From Candidatus Brennerbacteria bacterium (GTDB lineage Bacteria; Patescibacteriota; Minisyncoccia; UBA6257; GWB1-50-10), in assembly GCA_043799565.1 (NCBI GenBank), contig JAZDNP010000013.1, positions 5,847-69,846 on the forward strand: DNA of 64,000 nt, given 5' to 3'. Of the stretch, positions 7,048 through 15,904 are shown in pieces. The notes below the pieces were generated by a model. That model saw only the letters and a list, made by a program, of their open reading frames with translations. It was not told the origin of the DNA and did not search any database. The first letter of the stretch is position 1. Each line of letters begins with the position of its first letter. The position numbers were made by a program, and so were the translations under genes.

Positions 7048-10000
7048 TTAAACCCTCCTTATCGCAAGCCACGCGGGCCAGTCGCCTATCTTCGTCTGGA
7101 GCTCCACATTATGCTTATGGACACGCCCGAATTCCACCGATTTTGCATTCACCTCGCGCATGAATTCCTTCTCCCGCGAACGGATAACATGGGTAAGCTC
7201 CGGCGGCACCTCGCAATAAACTGTAATAACGTCTTTGGGTGTAAGTTTCGCATCCTGACGCATTCCTTGCACCGTACGAGTGAGTTCGCGGAACCAGCCC
7301 TCTTCCAAAAGTTCATGCGTTATCTTTGTATCAAGCGTGGCGCTTTCTTTCACTTTCGGGTCCACTTTCACTGTTTTCACGTTTACCTCATCCGCAAGTA
7401 TGGAGAGTAGCTCTTTCTTTCCTTTCAACGCCGCTGATTTTACAACCATGAATGCGAGCGGCTGGCGCACTTTGATGCTTGCCTCGGCCCGCCTTGCAAG
7501 ACCCACCGACGCAAGTTGTCTTACTTCATCCATCGCCGCAGCCAGCTTTTTATTAATAAGCTTCTTGTCCGCTTTCGGCCACCATTCAAAATGCACGCTC
7601 TCCACCTCCCCTTTCTTATTGGGCACGAGCGATAGGTAAAGGGCTTCCGCAAAGAACGGAGTGAAGGGCGCCATAAGTTTGGTCAATTCCATAAGTGCAT
7701 ATCCGAGCGTGGCAGACGCGGCACGGTAATCTTTATCTCCGCCAGCCGACGGATCCGGCTTCTGAAGGCGCCGGCGCGAGCGCCTGATGTACCACCGCGA
7801 GAGATCGCCCGCGAACACTTCTATCGTACGCGCCGCGTCCCCCACTTCGTATGATTCAAGCGCCTTCGTTGCCGTATCTTTCGTTTCTTCCAAACGCGAA
7901 ATTATCCACTTGTCCAAAACGCCGTTTGCCGTGGGCCGCTTTCCTATTCCCGCATGTTTCTCCGCATACGTATCGTAGAAAAGATAGGAGTTGTAGACCA
8001 TCATCAAGAATTGGCGAAGTGTTTTCCCGATATCCGCTTCGTCAAATTTCTTCGGCTCGCCCGGCGGATTTACGGAGTAAAGGTACCAGCGCACCGCATC
8101 AATGCCGTATTTCTGTATCATCGCCCACGGATCCACCGTGTTCCCTTTTGACTTGCTCATCTTCTGCCCGTTCTTATCCAACACAAGTCCGAGTGAAATG
8201 ACGTTCTTGTACGAGCGCCCCTTGCCCATCAGCACACCTATCGCAAGAAGTGTATAAAACCATCCGCGCGTTTGGTCCACACCTTCACTGATGTAATCCG
8301 CCGGGTATTCTTTCTTTCCCGCCCCCGCAAACGGCATCGCGCCCGAATCGAACCACACGTCCAACACTTCGGGTATACGTTTCATCGTCCCTTTACACTT
8401 CGCGCATGCGAACGTGACGTCATCCACGTACGGGCGGTGGAGATCCGTTCGGCCTTCGGCGTCGCGCGGCAATGTGCCAGTTCGGACGTTATACCTCTCA
8501 CCTGTTTCCGGGTACACGAGTGAAAGTTGAGCTTCATCTGAAACTCCTTCCAGTGTTCCTTTTAATATCCAAAGTGGGTCCCCGTGGCTTACTACGATGA
8601 TGGTTTTCCTTTGATAGCGCTCGTCAATTGACTGGAACGCCTTCCACATCCGCGCGCGGACGTCATTCCACGTTTCCCCGCCGTGCGGATTTTTATCGAA
8701 CATCTCGTGCTCGCCGTTGAAAAGCTTGTAAAAGTCTTCCGTCGGCTTCCCTGCGACTTTTCCCCCGTCCATGTCCCGAAGGTCCGGCTCAACTGCGAGC
8801 GTACCGCCGAGGACTCCCTGTAGTATCTTCCCCGTTTCTTTGGCGCGCGCGAGATTTGAGGTCACAATATAATCCGGCTTCACTTTTTTCATCGCGAGCG
8901 CGGTGCGCCGCACAGCCACTTCACCTTTTTTGATGAGGTGTGAGGTGAACGCCTTGGTGTCTACCGCCGTTCCGCAAAGGCCGAGGACATTGTGGTCCGC
9001 TTCCCCATGCCGCACGAATATGAAAACATTCCGTCCTCCTGCTCGCTCCTGAACCTCTTCCATACTGCCCAAAACCTCCACATGGTCACATTTTTCGCAC
9101 TGCCAGATAGGCAAAGGCGTTCCCCAGTAGCGGGAACGTGAAATGGCCCAATCCTTAACTTCGCGGAGCCATTCACCGAAGCGACCATCGCGAAGATTTG
9201 CGGGAACCCATTTAATCTTCTTGTTCTCCGAAAGCAATTTTGCACGAAGCTTGGACATCGCGATGAACCATGAGTCACGCGCGTAGTAGAGGAGCGGCGT
9301 TTTACACCTCCAGCAGAAGGGGTACTCGTGCGAGTATTTCTCGGTCTTGAAAAGCAGGCCTTTCTTTTCCAAGTGTCCAAATATCTTCTTCTCGGTCTCA
9401 GACGATTTCACGTAGAGTCCCCAAAACCCTTTCACGTCCACGGTAAATTTCCCCGCCTCGTCCACCGTGTGGCGCGCAGGGAGCCCCACTTTCATGCCTA
9501 GTTGATAATCGTCCTCTCCGTACATCACCGCAGTGTGTACCACGCCCGTGCCGTCCTCCGTCGTCACAAAGTTCGCGGGGTACACCCTGTACGAGGTCTT
9601 TGACTTGAGCGAAGGAACATCAAAAAGCGGCTCATATTCTACACCGATCAAATCTTTCCCTTTCATTTCTCCCACAATCTCGTGCGGCTCGGGAATGACC
9701 GCGATACGTTCTTTTGCGAGAATATAAATCTCCTTCCCCCCCTTCACTTTTACGTACGTCGTTTTCTGGTTGATCGCGAGCGCGACATTGCCCGGCAACG
9801 TCCATGGTGTTGTGGTCCACGAGAGAATAAATGCTTTCAATTTTGGCGCGTAGAATTTCACATAAACCGACGTGTCTTCCACCGTCTCGTATCCAAGCGC
9901 AACTTCATGTGATGCGAGCGTAGTACCGCACCGCGTGCACCAATGCACCACCTTGTGGCCGCGGTAGAGAAGTTTTTTCTTCCATACCTCCTTCAATATC

Positions 10001-10479
10001 CCCCACACCGCCTCCATATAGCGGTTCTCATACGTGATGTACGGGTGGTCCATATCCAGCCAGAACCCCATCCGTTCGGTAAGCTTTTCCCACTCATCTT
10101 TGTATTTCCACACCGACTGCTTGCACTGCGCGTTAAAGGCCGCAATGCCGAACTTTTCAATCTCTTTTTTGGACTTCAGTCCCAGCGCCTTCTCCACTTC
10201 TATTTCCACCGGAAGCCCGTGGGTGTCCCACCCTCCGCGCCGCGGCACGTGGAAACCCTGCATCGTTTTGTACCGGAGCATGATGTCCTTGAACGAGCGC
10301 GCGAGTACATGGTGGAGACCCGGGCGGCCATTCGCGGTAGGAGGGCCTTCGTAGAACACGAACGGTTTTCTCTTCGCGGTCCGCGCCAAACTTTTCTTGA
10401 AAACATCGTTCGCCCGCCAGTACGCAAGTACCTTTTCTTCCACCGCGGGGAGCGAAAATTCCTTGAGATTGCGGAGCAT
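7048..10479 (-). CDS. ileS: isoleucyl-tRNA synthetase (type 2 / eukaryote-like) carrying an inserted histidine-phosphatase (PGAM-like) domain
   Basis: Shows PTANG...LHH, a CP1 editing domain, KMSKS, a WQCEKC...CAKC zinc knuckle and the DVWFDSG block. About 190 aa inserted between the two CxxC pairs carry RHGEADHN and VVSHGD histidine-phosphatase motifs. Confidence 0.9.
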   Translation of the reverse strand: MLRNLKEFSLPAVEEKVLAYWRANDVFKKSLARTAKRKPFVFYEGPPTANGRPGLHHVLARSFKDIMLRYKTMQGFHVPRRGGWDTHGLPVEIEVEKALGLKSKKEIEKFGIAAFNAQCKQSVWKYKDEWEKLTERMGFWLDMDHPYITYENRYMEAVWGILKEVWKKKLLYRGHKVVHWCTRCGTTLASHEVALGYETVEDTSVYVKFYAPKLKAFILSWTTTPWTLPGNVALAINQKTTYVKVKGGKEIYILAKERIAVIPEPHEIVGEMKGKDLIGVEYEPLFDVPSLKSKTSYRVYPANFVTTEDGTGVVHTAVMYGEDDYQLGMKVGLPARHTVDEAGKFTVDVKGFWGLYVKSSETEKKIFGHLEKKGLLFKTEKYSHEYPFCWRCKTPLLYYARDSWFIAMSKLRAKLLSENKKIKWVPANLRDGRFGEWLREVKDWAISRSRYWGTPLPIWQCEKCDHVEVLGSMEEVQERAGGRNVFIFVRHGEADHNVLGLCGTAVDTKAFTSHLIKKGEVAVRRTALAMKKVKPDYIVTSNLARAKETGKILQGVLGGTLAVEPDLRDMDGGKVAGKPTEDFYKLFNGEHEMFDKNPHGGETWNDVRARMWKAFQSIDERYQRKTIIVVSHGDPLWILKGTLEGVSDEAQLSLVYPETGERYNVRTGTLPRDAEGRTDLHRPYVDDVTFACAKCKGTMKRIPEVLDVWFDSGAMPFAGAGKKEYPADYISEGVDQTRGWFYTLLAIGVLMGKGRSYKNVISLGLVLDKNGQKMSKSKGNTVDPWAMIQKYGIDAVRWYLYSVNPPGEPKKFDEADIGKTLRQFLMMVYNSYLFYDTYAEKHAGIGKRPTANGVLDKWIISRLEETKDTATKALESYEVGDAARTIEVFAGDLSRWYIRRSRRRLQKPDPSAGGDKDYRAASATLGYALMELTKLMAPFTPFFAEALYLSLVPNKKGEVESVHFEWWPKADKKLINKKLAAAMDEVRQLASVGLARRAEASIKVRQPLAFMVVKSAALKGKKELLSILADEVNVKTVKVDPKVKESATLDTKITHELLEEGWFRELTRTVQGMRQDAKLTPKDVITVYCEVPPELTHVIRSREKEFMREVNAKSVEFGRVHKHNVELQTKIGDWPAWLAIRRV

Positions 10480-10513
10480 GATTTAATCCAATTGTAGCGA
10501 GAATTGCGCTTCC

Positions 10514-11464
10514 TTGCTACTATTTTTCTATATGGAAACGGCGGGGCTTTCGGTGGCTCTCATCATTCTCTTCTATCTCCTCGGCAAGTCCGCGGACCTT
10601 ATCATCACGAACGTCCGCCGCCTCGGCGAGGCATTGGGGGTGAAAATCTTTGCGTTCGGCATCATTCTCGGCTTCCTTACCTCGTTTCCGGAAATTGCCG
10701 TCGGCATAAACTCGCTTCTTTTGGACGTCCGCGCAATTTCGTTCGGCAATCTCCTGGGAGGCGTTCTCGTAACCTTCGGCCTCATCCTCGGCGCTTCGGC
10801 GATATTGAACCGCTCCATTCAAACCGGCGCGAAGGCGGGAAGTTTTCTCCCCATCGTCATCTTCATCATGGCTCCCCTCCTCTTGGGACTTGATGGCTTC
10901 TTGAGCCGCTTGGATGGCTTCGTGCTCGTCGTAGGATATGCACTGGTGCTCTGGTACCTCCTCGTGCGCGGGCCGCACGAGAAGTTCGAACGCCACGACA
11001 CTATCCGCGGTCTTGCGGAAAAAATACTTTTCATTCTTGTCGGCCTCGGCGCGGTGCTCGTGCTCTCCCACTTCATCATTGATGTCACGTTGCTTCTCAC
11101 AAAAGATTTCGGCATCTCTCCGTTCGTTATCGGCGTGATACTCTTCGGCATCGGCACCAATCTTCCGGAAATCATCGTCGCGTTCCGTGCGTGGAGGCGA
11201 AACGTGGAAGAGCTTTCGCTTTCCAATCTCATCGGGTCAACCATCGCGAACCCCGCGATCGTAGGCATCTTTGCGCTCGTCAAACCCTTCGGCACGGAAG
11301 TGGGCCCCTCCTACTACCTTATTCTCGTGTTCACGCTCGCACTTCTCGCAGTCCTGAACCGCTTCTACGAGACGGACAAAAAACTCACGCGCCTAGAAGG
11401 CGTCGTGCTCGTTGCATTCTATTTTATTTTCGTGGCGTTCGAAGTGGCCTTGTTCAGCCTCTAG
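10514..11464 (+). CDS. Ca2+/cation antiporter (CaCA) family membrane protein
   Basis: Two alpha-repeat-like segments (LTSFPEIAVGI and GIGTNLPEIIVAF) in a ~10-TM protein of 316 aa. Confidence 0.55.
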   Translation: MLLFFYMETAGLSVALIILFYLLGKSADLIITNVRRLGEALGVKIFAFGIILGFLTSFPEIAVGINSLLLDVRAISFGNLLGGVLVTFGLILGASAILNRSIQTGAKAGSFLPIVIFIMAPLLLGLDGFLSRLDGFVLVVGYALVLWYLLVRGPHEKFERHDTIRGLAEKILFILVGLGAVLVLSHFIIDVTLLLTKDFGISPFVIGVILFGIGTNLPEIIVAFRAWRRNVEELSLSNLIGSTIANPAIVGIFALVKPFGTEVGPSYYLILVFTLALLAVLNRFYETDKKLTRLEGVVLVAFYFIFVAFEVALFSL

Positions 11465-11563
11465 CTCTAGCGCTCCAGCTTGTACCTATCGCGAGCCTCA
11501 ATTTTCCGCATATGTTAAAAATTGAGGCGGGGTGAGTCGACCGTATTTTCTCTTCCGAGATGA

Positions 11564-13195
11564 TTACATCTTGGAAGGAGCGGAGATGCCGAGAATGCGG
11601 AAAAGATTTTCAAACACGATGATGCTCCCTTTGACGAGCGCGAGACGTGCAGCGGCGAGCGCGGGGGCTTCTCCTACCACGTGCTCCCTTTCGTAGAAGT
11701 TGTGGAAGGTACGGGCGAGCGTTGACGTGTATTGCGTCAAGCGGTGCACGGCGTAGTCGCTCGCGGCGTCCGAAAGGACCTCGGGGAAGCGTGAGAGCGC
11801 AAAAAGGAGCGCCGCGTCTGCGGGCGTATTCAAGAGCGAGAGGTTGGGTTTCCCTTTTATGTTCTTAGCCTTCACAACCACTGCCTTGGCGCGCACATAG
11901 GCGTATTGGGCATAGTAGACCGGGTTCTTGTTGGAGCGTTCCTTCGCGAGGTCCAGGTTGAAGTCCATATGCGACTCGGGCGCCACGGAGAGGAAGAAGA
12001 AGCGCGCGGCGTCCGCGCCTACTTCCTCCACCACCTCTTCAAACGTCACGAAGTTCCCCTTCCGCTTGGACATTTTCACCTCTTGCCCGCCTCTTAGAAG
12101 GCGGACCGCCTGCGTTATGAGCACGCGGGAGCTCGGGAGGCCTACGAGCTTCGCCGCGGCCTGTATGCGGGCCACGTAGCCGTAGTGGTCGGGGCCCAGG
12201 ATATTTATCTTCGCCTTGAACCCGCGCATCTTCGTCTCAAGGTAGTGGCCGGCATCCGCAAGAAAATAAGTAGGAAATCCACTTTTCGTGATGAGCACAC
12301 GGTCTTTGTCGTCGCCTTCCGCGGTCGTTTTGAGCCACACCCCGCCGTCTTTTTCGTAGACCGCCTTCTTTTTCTTGAACACCGCGAGCGCTTTTTTCGC
12401 GTACCCTTTCGCGTGTATGTTTTTCTCCGACGTGTACCTGTCGAATTTGATGTGCGCTTCTTTTTCCAATGCGCGCTGTATGAGTTTCAGGAAATCCTTC
12501 GCGGCGCGTTCGCCGAGCTTCGCCGGGTCCGCGCGAAGCTTCTTTACGTCCGTTTTATGTTTCGCGGCCCATTCGGAAATATATTCACCTTGGTATAAAT
12601 TTTCATTCTCTGGGCCTTGGGCGACCGTGGAACGGTTTAGCCCGGCGAGAAGCGATTTTCCGAGCGTGAATATCTGGTTCCCTGTGTCGTTCACGTAGTA
12701 TTCGCGCTCCACCGATGCGCCTGCGGCTTGAAGTATGTTCGCAAGCACATCGCCCAAGAATCCGCCGCGGCCGTTCGCGAGCGTGAGAGGTCCGGTGGGA
12801 TTTGCGGAAACAAACTCCACTTGAATTTTCTCACCCTTCCGCGCTTTGGAAGCGCCGTATTTTTTCTTCGCCTTCGCGATAGCGTTCAATTCCTCATGGA
12901 GCGCTTCGGGCGTGAGAAAAAAGTTTATGAAGCCCGGCGCCGCGGCGCGTGCCTCACGGATAACGTCGGACTTAATGGCGGACGCAATCCGCTCCGCAAT
13001 CGCCATCGGCGACTTCCCTTCCTGTTTCGCCAAAGCAAAAGCCACGTTCGTGGCGTAGTGGCCAAATTTGGGGTCTTCAGGAATGGAGAGCGCTACCGCC
13101 ACGTCCTTCGGGACGTGTTTTTCGATGGTTTGGAGAACTTGGTCGCGTATCATTTTACTTGCCATTTCCTTCTTTTTCCATTGTACACCTAACAC
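11564..13195 (-). CDS. argS: arginyl-tRNA synthetase (HIGH motif replaced by TLAN)
   Basis: VEFVSANPTGPL...GRGG block, MSKRKGN and a DALR anticodon-binding C-terminus. The positions where HVGH normally sits read TLAN. Confidence 0.85.
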   Translation of the reverse strand: MLGVQWKKKEMASKMIRDQVLQTIEKHVPKDVAVALSIPEDPKFGHYATNVAFALAKQEGKSPMAIAERIASAIKSDVIREARAAAPGFINFFLTPEALHEELNAIAKAKKKYGASKARKGEKIQVEFVSANPTGPLTLANGRGGFLGDVLANILQAAGASVEREYYVNDTGNQIFTLGKSLLAGLNRSTVAQGPENENLYQGEYISEWAAKHKTDVKKLRADPAKLGERAAKDFLKLIQRALEKEAHIKFDRYTSEKNIHAKGYAKKALAVFKKKKAVYEKDGGVWLKTTAEGDDKDRVLITKSGFPTYFLADAGHYLETKMRGFKAKINILGPDHYGYVARIQAAAKLVGLPSSRVLITQAVRLLRGGQEVKMSKRKGNFVTFEEVVEEVGADAARFFFLSVAPESHMDFNLDLAKERSNKNPVYYAQYAYVRAKAVVVKAKNIKGKPNLSLLNTPADAALLFALSRFPEVLSDAASDYAVHRLTQYTSTLARTFHNFYEREHVVGEAPALAAARLALVKGSIIVFENLFRILGISAPSKM

Positions 13196-13230
13196 AGTAA
13201 ATGCTCGTGGGCTAGGACAAAACTAAAAAC

Positions 13231-13250
13231 GCCGCTTTCAGCGGCGTTTT
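13231..13250. terminator. bidirectional-looking hairpin (GCCGC-TTTCA-GCGGC flanked by A- and T-runs)
   Basis: Sits upstream of the argS start; there is no nearby gene it would obviously terminate. Confidence 0.3.
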
Positions 13251-13395
13251 CGCTGGTGGACATGTCGGAGGCGAACGTCGCTCGCTGCCCTAGCTCCCTT
13301 GCCTTATGGCTGAAATCGTGGTCATATTACTGAAGGAATGGTGGCTGATTTAAAATTGTCTACTCACAAAACCCGACTGAAAGGAGGGACGACCC

Positions 13396-13611
13396 GTGAG
13401 TACCGGCTTGAATCCTGGACAAAATTGTCCTTATTGTGGGGCGAGAATCCCCGAGAACATGTTCGCCAAGCGCCACAGCTGCTCTGCGCTCGAAGAAATG
13501 GGCGATGGATCAGAGAGTAGGCGTGCCGCAGAAAAGAAGCGTCGGGAACGTGAAGACAACAAACCCGGCGGGTACGGCTTGGGGAGTTTCCTACGCGATC
13601 TCTTCAGCTGA
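13396..13611 (+). CDS. small hypothetical protein with a zinc-ribbon-like CPYCG motif
   Basis: 71 aa starting at GTG, 7 nt after a strong SD (AAAGGAGGG), and followed by an intrinsic terminator at 13636-13672. Confidence 0.35.
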   Translation: MSTGLNPGQNCPYCGARIPENMFAKRHSCSALEEMGDGSESRRAAEKKRREREDNKPGGYGLGSFLRDLFS

Positions 13612-13708
13612 AGTATGCTTTCCTTGTTTCACAAGAGCCTATGAGTCAAACTCATGGGCCTTTTTTCGCTCGCGCTGATTTTAGTCACTGTGATACTCTG
13701 AAATTGAT

Positions 13709-14146
13709 ATGGCAACGCTATCGGAAAATAGGCAGGCACGGTTTGACTACGATATACAAGAAACGTATACCGCGGGCGTGGTTTTGACGGGCCACGAGGT
13801 GAAGTCCGCGAAGCTCGGGCGGATGGACCTCGCGGGGGCCAAGGCCATCATCCGGGGCGGGGAGGCGTACCTCGTGGGGGCCTCTATTCACTCATTCCAG
13901 CCCGGGAACGCGCCACAGGGGTACGATGAGGCCCGGACGCGGAAACTGCTCCTCTCGCATGCCGAAATCGCTTACTTGACGGGGAAATTGGAAAGTGGTT
14001 TGACGCTAATTCCCTTGAAGGTGTATACTCACCGCGCGCTTGTGAAAATAGAACTGGGGCTCGGGAAAGTGAGAAAGAAGCACGACAAGCGCGAGGTCAT
14101 TAAAAAGCGTGACGTGGAGCGAGAGCTTCGCCGCGCACATAGCTGA
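13709..14146 (+). CDS. smpB: SsrA-binding protein
   Basis: NRQARFDYDIQETYTAGVVLTGHEVKS... signature; 145 aa. Confidence 0.9.
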   Translation: MATLSENRQARFDYDIQETYTAGVVLTGHEVKSAKLGRMDLAGAKAIIRGGEAYLVGASIHSFQPGNAPQGYDEARTRKLLLSHAEIAYLTGKLESGLTLIPLKVYTHRALVKIELGLGKVRKKHDKREVIKKRDVERELRRAHS

Positions 14147-14147
14147 C

Positions 14148-14466
14148 GGGCATGACGGGCCTTGTTAGCGCGTGAAGTAGAGAGCTTGCAGGCCGAGCCG
14201 ACCATTCGCTCGTAAATCCATGGTCAAACCTAAAACTGCCAACGACAACGTTGCAGCTCCCGCTTACGCTTTCGCGTAAGTAGGACATCGGTTCCCGACG
14301 CCTCATAGGGGTTCACCGGTGTAATAAATGAGGCTCGCCTTCGGTGAGACGGTTCAGTAGCCGAAGGCCAAATTACGAACCATTCGTTCTCGTAAGAGAA
14401 ATAAGCTTGTAGAGGGCTTTTTACCGAAAGCGTTACACTCCGGTTCAACTCCGGACATGTCCACCA
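14148..14466 (+). ncRNA. ssrA: tmRNA (transfer-messenger RNA)
   Basis: The 5' GGGCATG pairs with the 3' CATGTCC (G3-U wobble), followed by a T-arm TCCGG-TTCAACT-CCGGA and ACCA. Internal tag ORF at 14238-14279 encodes ANDNVAAPAYAFA then TAA; terminator hairpin at 14471-14494. Confidence 0.8.
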
Positions 14467-14565
14467 AAAACAAAACCGCCTCTTTGGGCGGTTTTGCACT
14501 TGCGCACTTCCCTCTTCTCCGCTAGAACGAGGGGAGAACTACTCAAACAACTAAAGAGGTGTGCA

Positions 14566-15096
14566 ATGAATGCTGCCGACATTATCACGGAGAAAAAGCT
14601 GACCCCACGCGGTGTGTGGCTCCTCGCCCTTGCGGCCACCATGCTCAACAAGTTGAGACCGGAAGGTGTCCTTAATGAGGACGAGCTGGGAGACCTGGGA
14701 AAGGTGCAGGACCTTCTCCAGACCCTTATCTCCCTTGCACACGTGAAAGAGGGTAAGGAGCATGAGCTCGGAGGTAACGGCCAAGCTTTGGCCGATTCTT
14801 TGTGGCTCCTCGAGCCACTTGAGAAAGCGCTCCAATCCAGTCATGCCCCGGAGTCCACGAACGACCACGGGTCACATTTTCTTGAGCTCCTCTCCCGCAA
14901 GTTTGCGGCCGTCACCGAAGCCGCCGAGCATGGAAAGGCGGTGGTGCAAGAAGACCTGATACAGATCATGGACTTCTTCATCGATCTCGCGAATGAACTG
15001 CAGTCTTTTTCTATAAAGAGTAATGAAGAGGCGGCGGCGGAAGAAGGCCTAATACAGATCAGGAAACTCTTCGTCTGTCCCCCGAATGAACTGTAG
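14566..15096 (+). CDS. hypothetical protein with a tandemly duplicated 3' end
   Basis: 176 aa from an ATG with an AAAGAGG SD. The track ORF begins at 14494 inside the tmRNA terminator, so the later start is preferred. Confidence 0.4.
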   Translation: MNAADIITEKKLTPRGVWLLALAATMLNKLRPEGVLNEDELGDLGKVQDLLQTLISLAHVKEGKEHELGGNGQALADSLWLLEPLEKALQSSHAPESTNDHGSHFLELLSRKFAAVTEAAEHGKAVVQEDLIQIMDFFIDLANELQSFSIKSNEEAAAEEGLIQIRKLFVCPPNEL

Positions 15097-15113
15097 TCTT
15101 TTTCTATGAAGAG
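14950..15113 (+). repeat. imperfect tandem duplication of ~75 bp; its core 30-mers at 14991-15020 and 15084-15113 differ at 2 positions
   Basis: GAATGAACTGCAGTCTTTTTCTATAAAGAG versus GAATGAACTGTAGTCTTTTTCTATGAAGAG. In the second copy CAG has become TAG, creating the stop codon of the ORF. Confidence 0.5.
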
Positions 15114-15120
15114 CGGATGA

Positions 15121-15148
15121 CCAAAGAGCCCGATTTATGGGCTCTTTT
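15121..15148. terminator. hairpin AAAGAGCCC-GATTTAT-GGGCTCTTTT
   Basis: Bidirectional A/T-flanked hairpin after the 14566-15096 ORF. Confidence 0.45.
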
Positions 15149-15531
15149 ATTTCGCCACCACCAACCCCCCACCACAAACATGAGGAATAAGTTTCTGCGA
15201 GCGAATATGGCCGGAGCGGGCGAGAAAATCGTGAGCGAACCGCGTCCCGAGCCAGGACCCCCGCCGACCAGGCGAGTAAGGGTGGCGAGGAGCGAGAGAG
15301 CGAACTTGGATTTTCGCGTGCGAAGGTTTTTGAGCGCGCAGATACTCGTTCCGAAACTTATCCACAGTAGCCGTGAAAGTCGGATGCTATACTAATGTTG
15401 TTCCTTACCAAAGCAATACCGTCCACCGAGTGCTTACAAACACTCGTTTAACTGCAACCCGCAAGGTTGCACAAATGAAACTGTTCATCATGAAGAGGCG
15501 CACCGTTCTACGGAGCGCCTTTTTCTTTTTC

Positions 15532-15852
15532 TTATTTTTGGGCCGCACCCGGCTCGTCGTCCTTGCTTATAATGCGCAAAAGTTCAATGAAGGCGTAAAG
15601 AATGATGGGATACCCCACCATCGCGGAAAACGCATTAAGATCAATGACGCTCCCGTTCCGGAGTATGAAATCGGAGAAAATGCCTGAAAACGGCACCATA
15701 ATGGCGTCCGTAACCGTATAGAGAAGCTCAACAATGGGCGCTATCGCGTTCGCCTCAAGAAATAAAAGAAGCGCCCTGAAACCGAGAAGAAGCTCGGCAA
15801 AGCCGAGGATATATTTCAAATATTTGGCGATAGGGGCGATGGGAAACTGCAT
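15532..15852 (-). CDS. YggT-family small membrane protein (tentative)
   Basis: 106 aa, two or three TM helices, Ycf19/YggT-like size and hydrophobicity pattern. Confidence 0.35.
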   Translation of the reverse strand: MQFPIAPIAKYLKYILGFAELLLGFRALLLFLEANAIAPIVELLYTVTDAIMVPFSGIFSDFILRNGSVIDLNAFSAMVGYPIILYAFIELLRIISKDDEPGAAQK

Positions 15853-15904
15853 AGGGATTTACTTTTCTCAAGTCCTATAATACCATATCCCTATCCGCTA
15901 CCGA

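Noticed and set aside
6571-7410. 279-aa plus-strand ORF overlapping the ileS 3' end and the acidic hypothetical gene
   Set aside because: Antisense to a confidently identified essential gene (ileS) in a GC-rich region where long antisense ORFs are expected by chance; no motifs and an odd composition.
8440-9030. Intein as an explanation for the IleS insertion
   Set aside because: The insert does not begin with Cys/Ser or end with His-Asn followed by Cys/Ser/Thr, has no HNH or LAGLIDADG blocks, and carries the RHG and SHG motifs of the histidine-phosphatase fold.
15117-15395. Overlapping 92-aa (+) and 72-aa (-) ORFs after the tandem duplication
   Set aside because: Mutually exclusive frames with Pro/Arg-rich junk-like translations; the plus ORF starts inside a terminator hairpin and neither has an SD.
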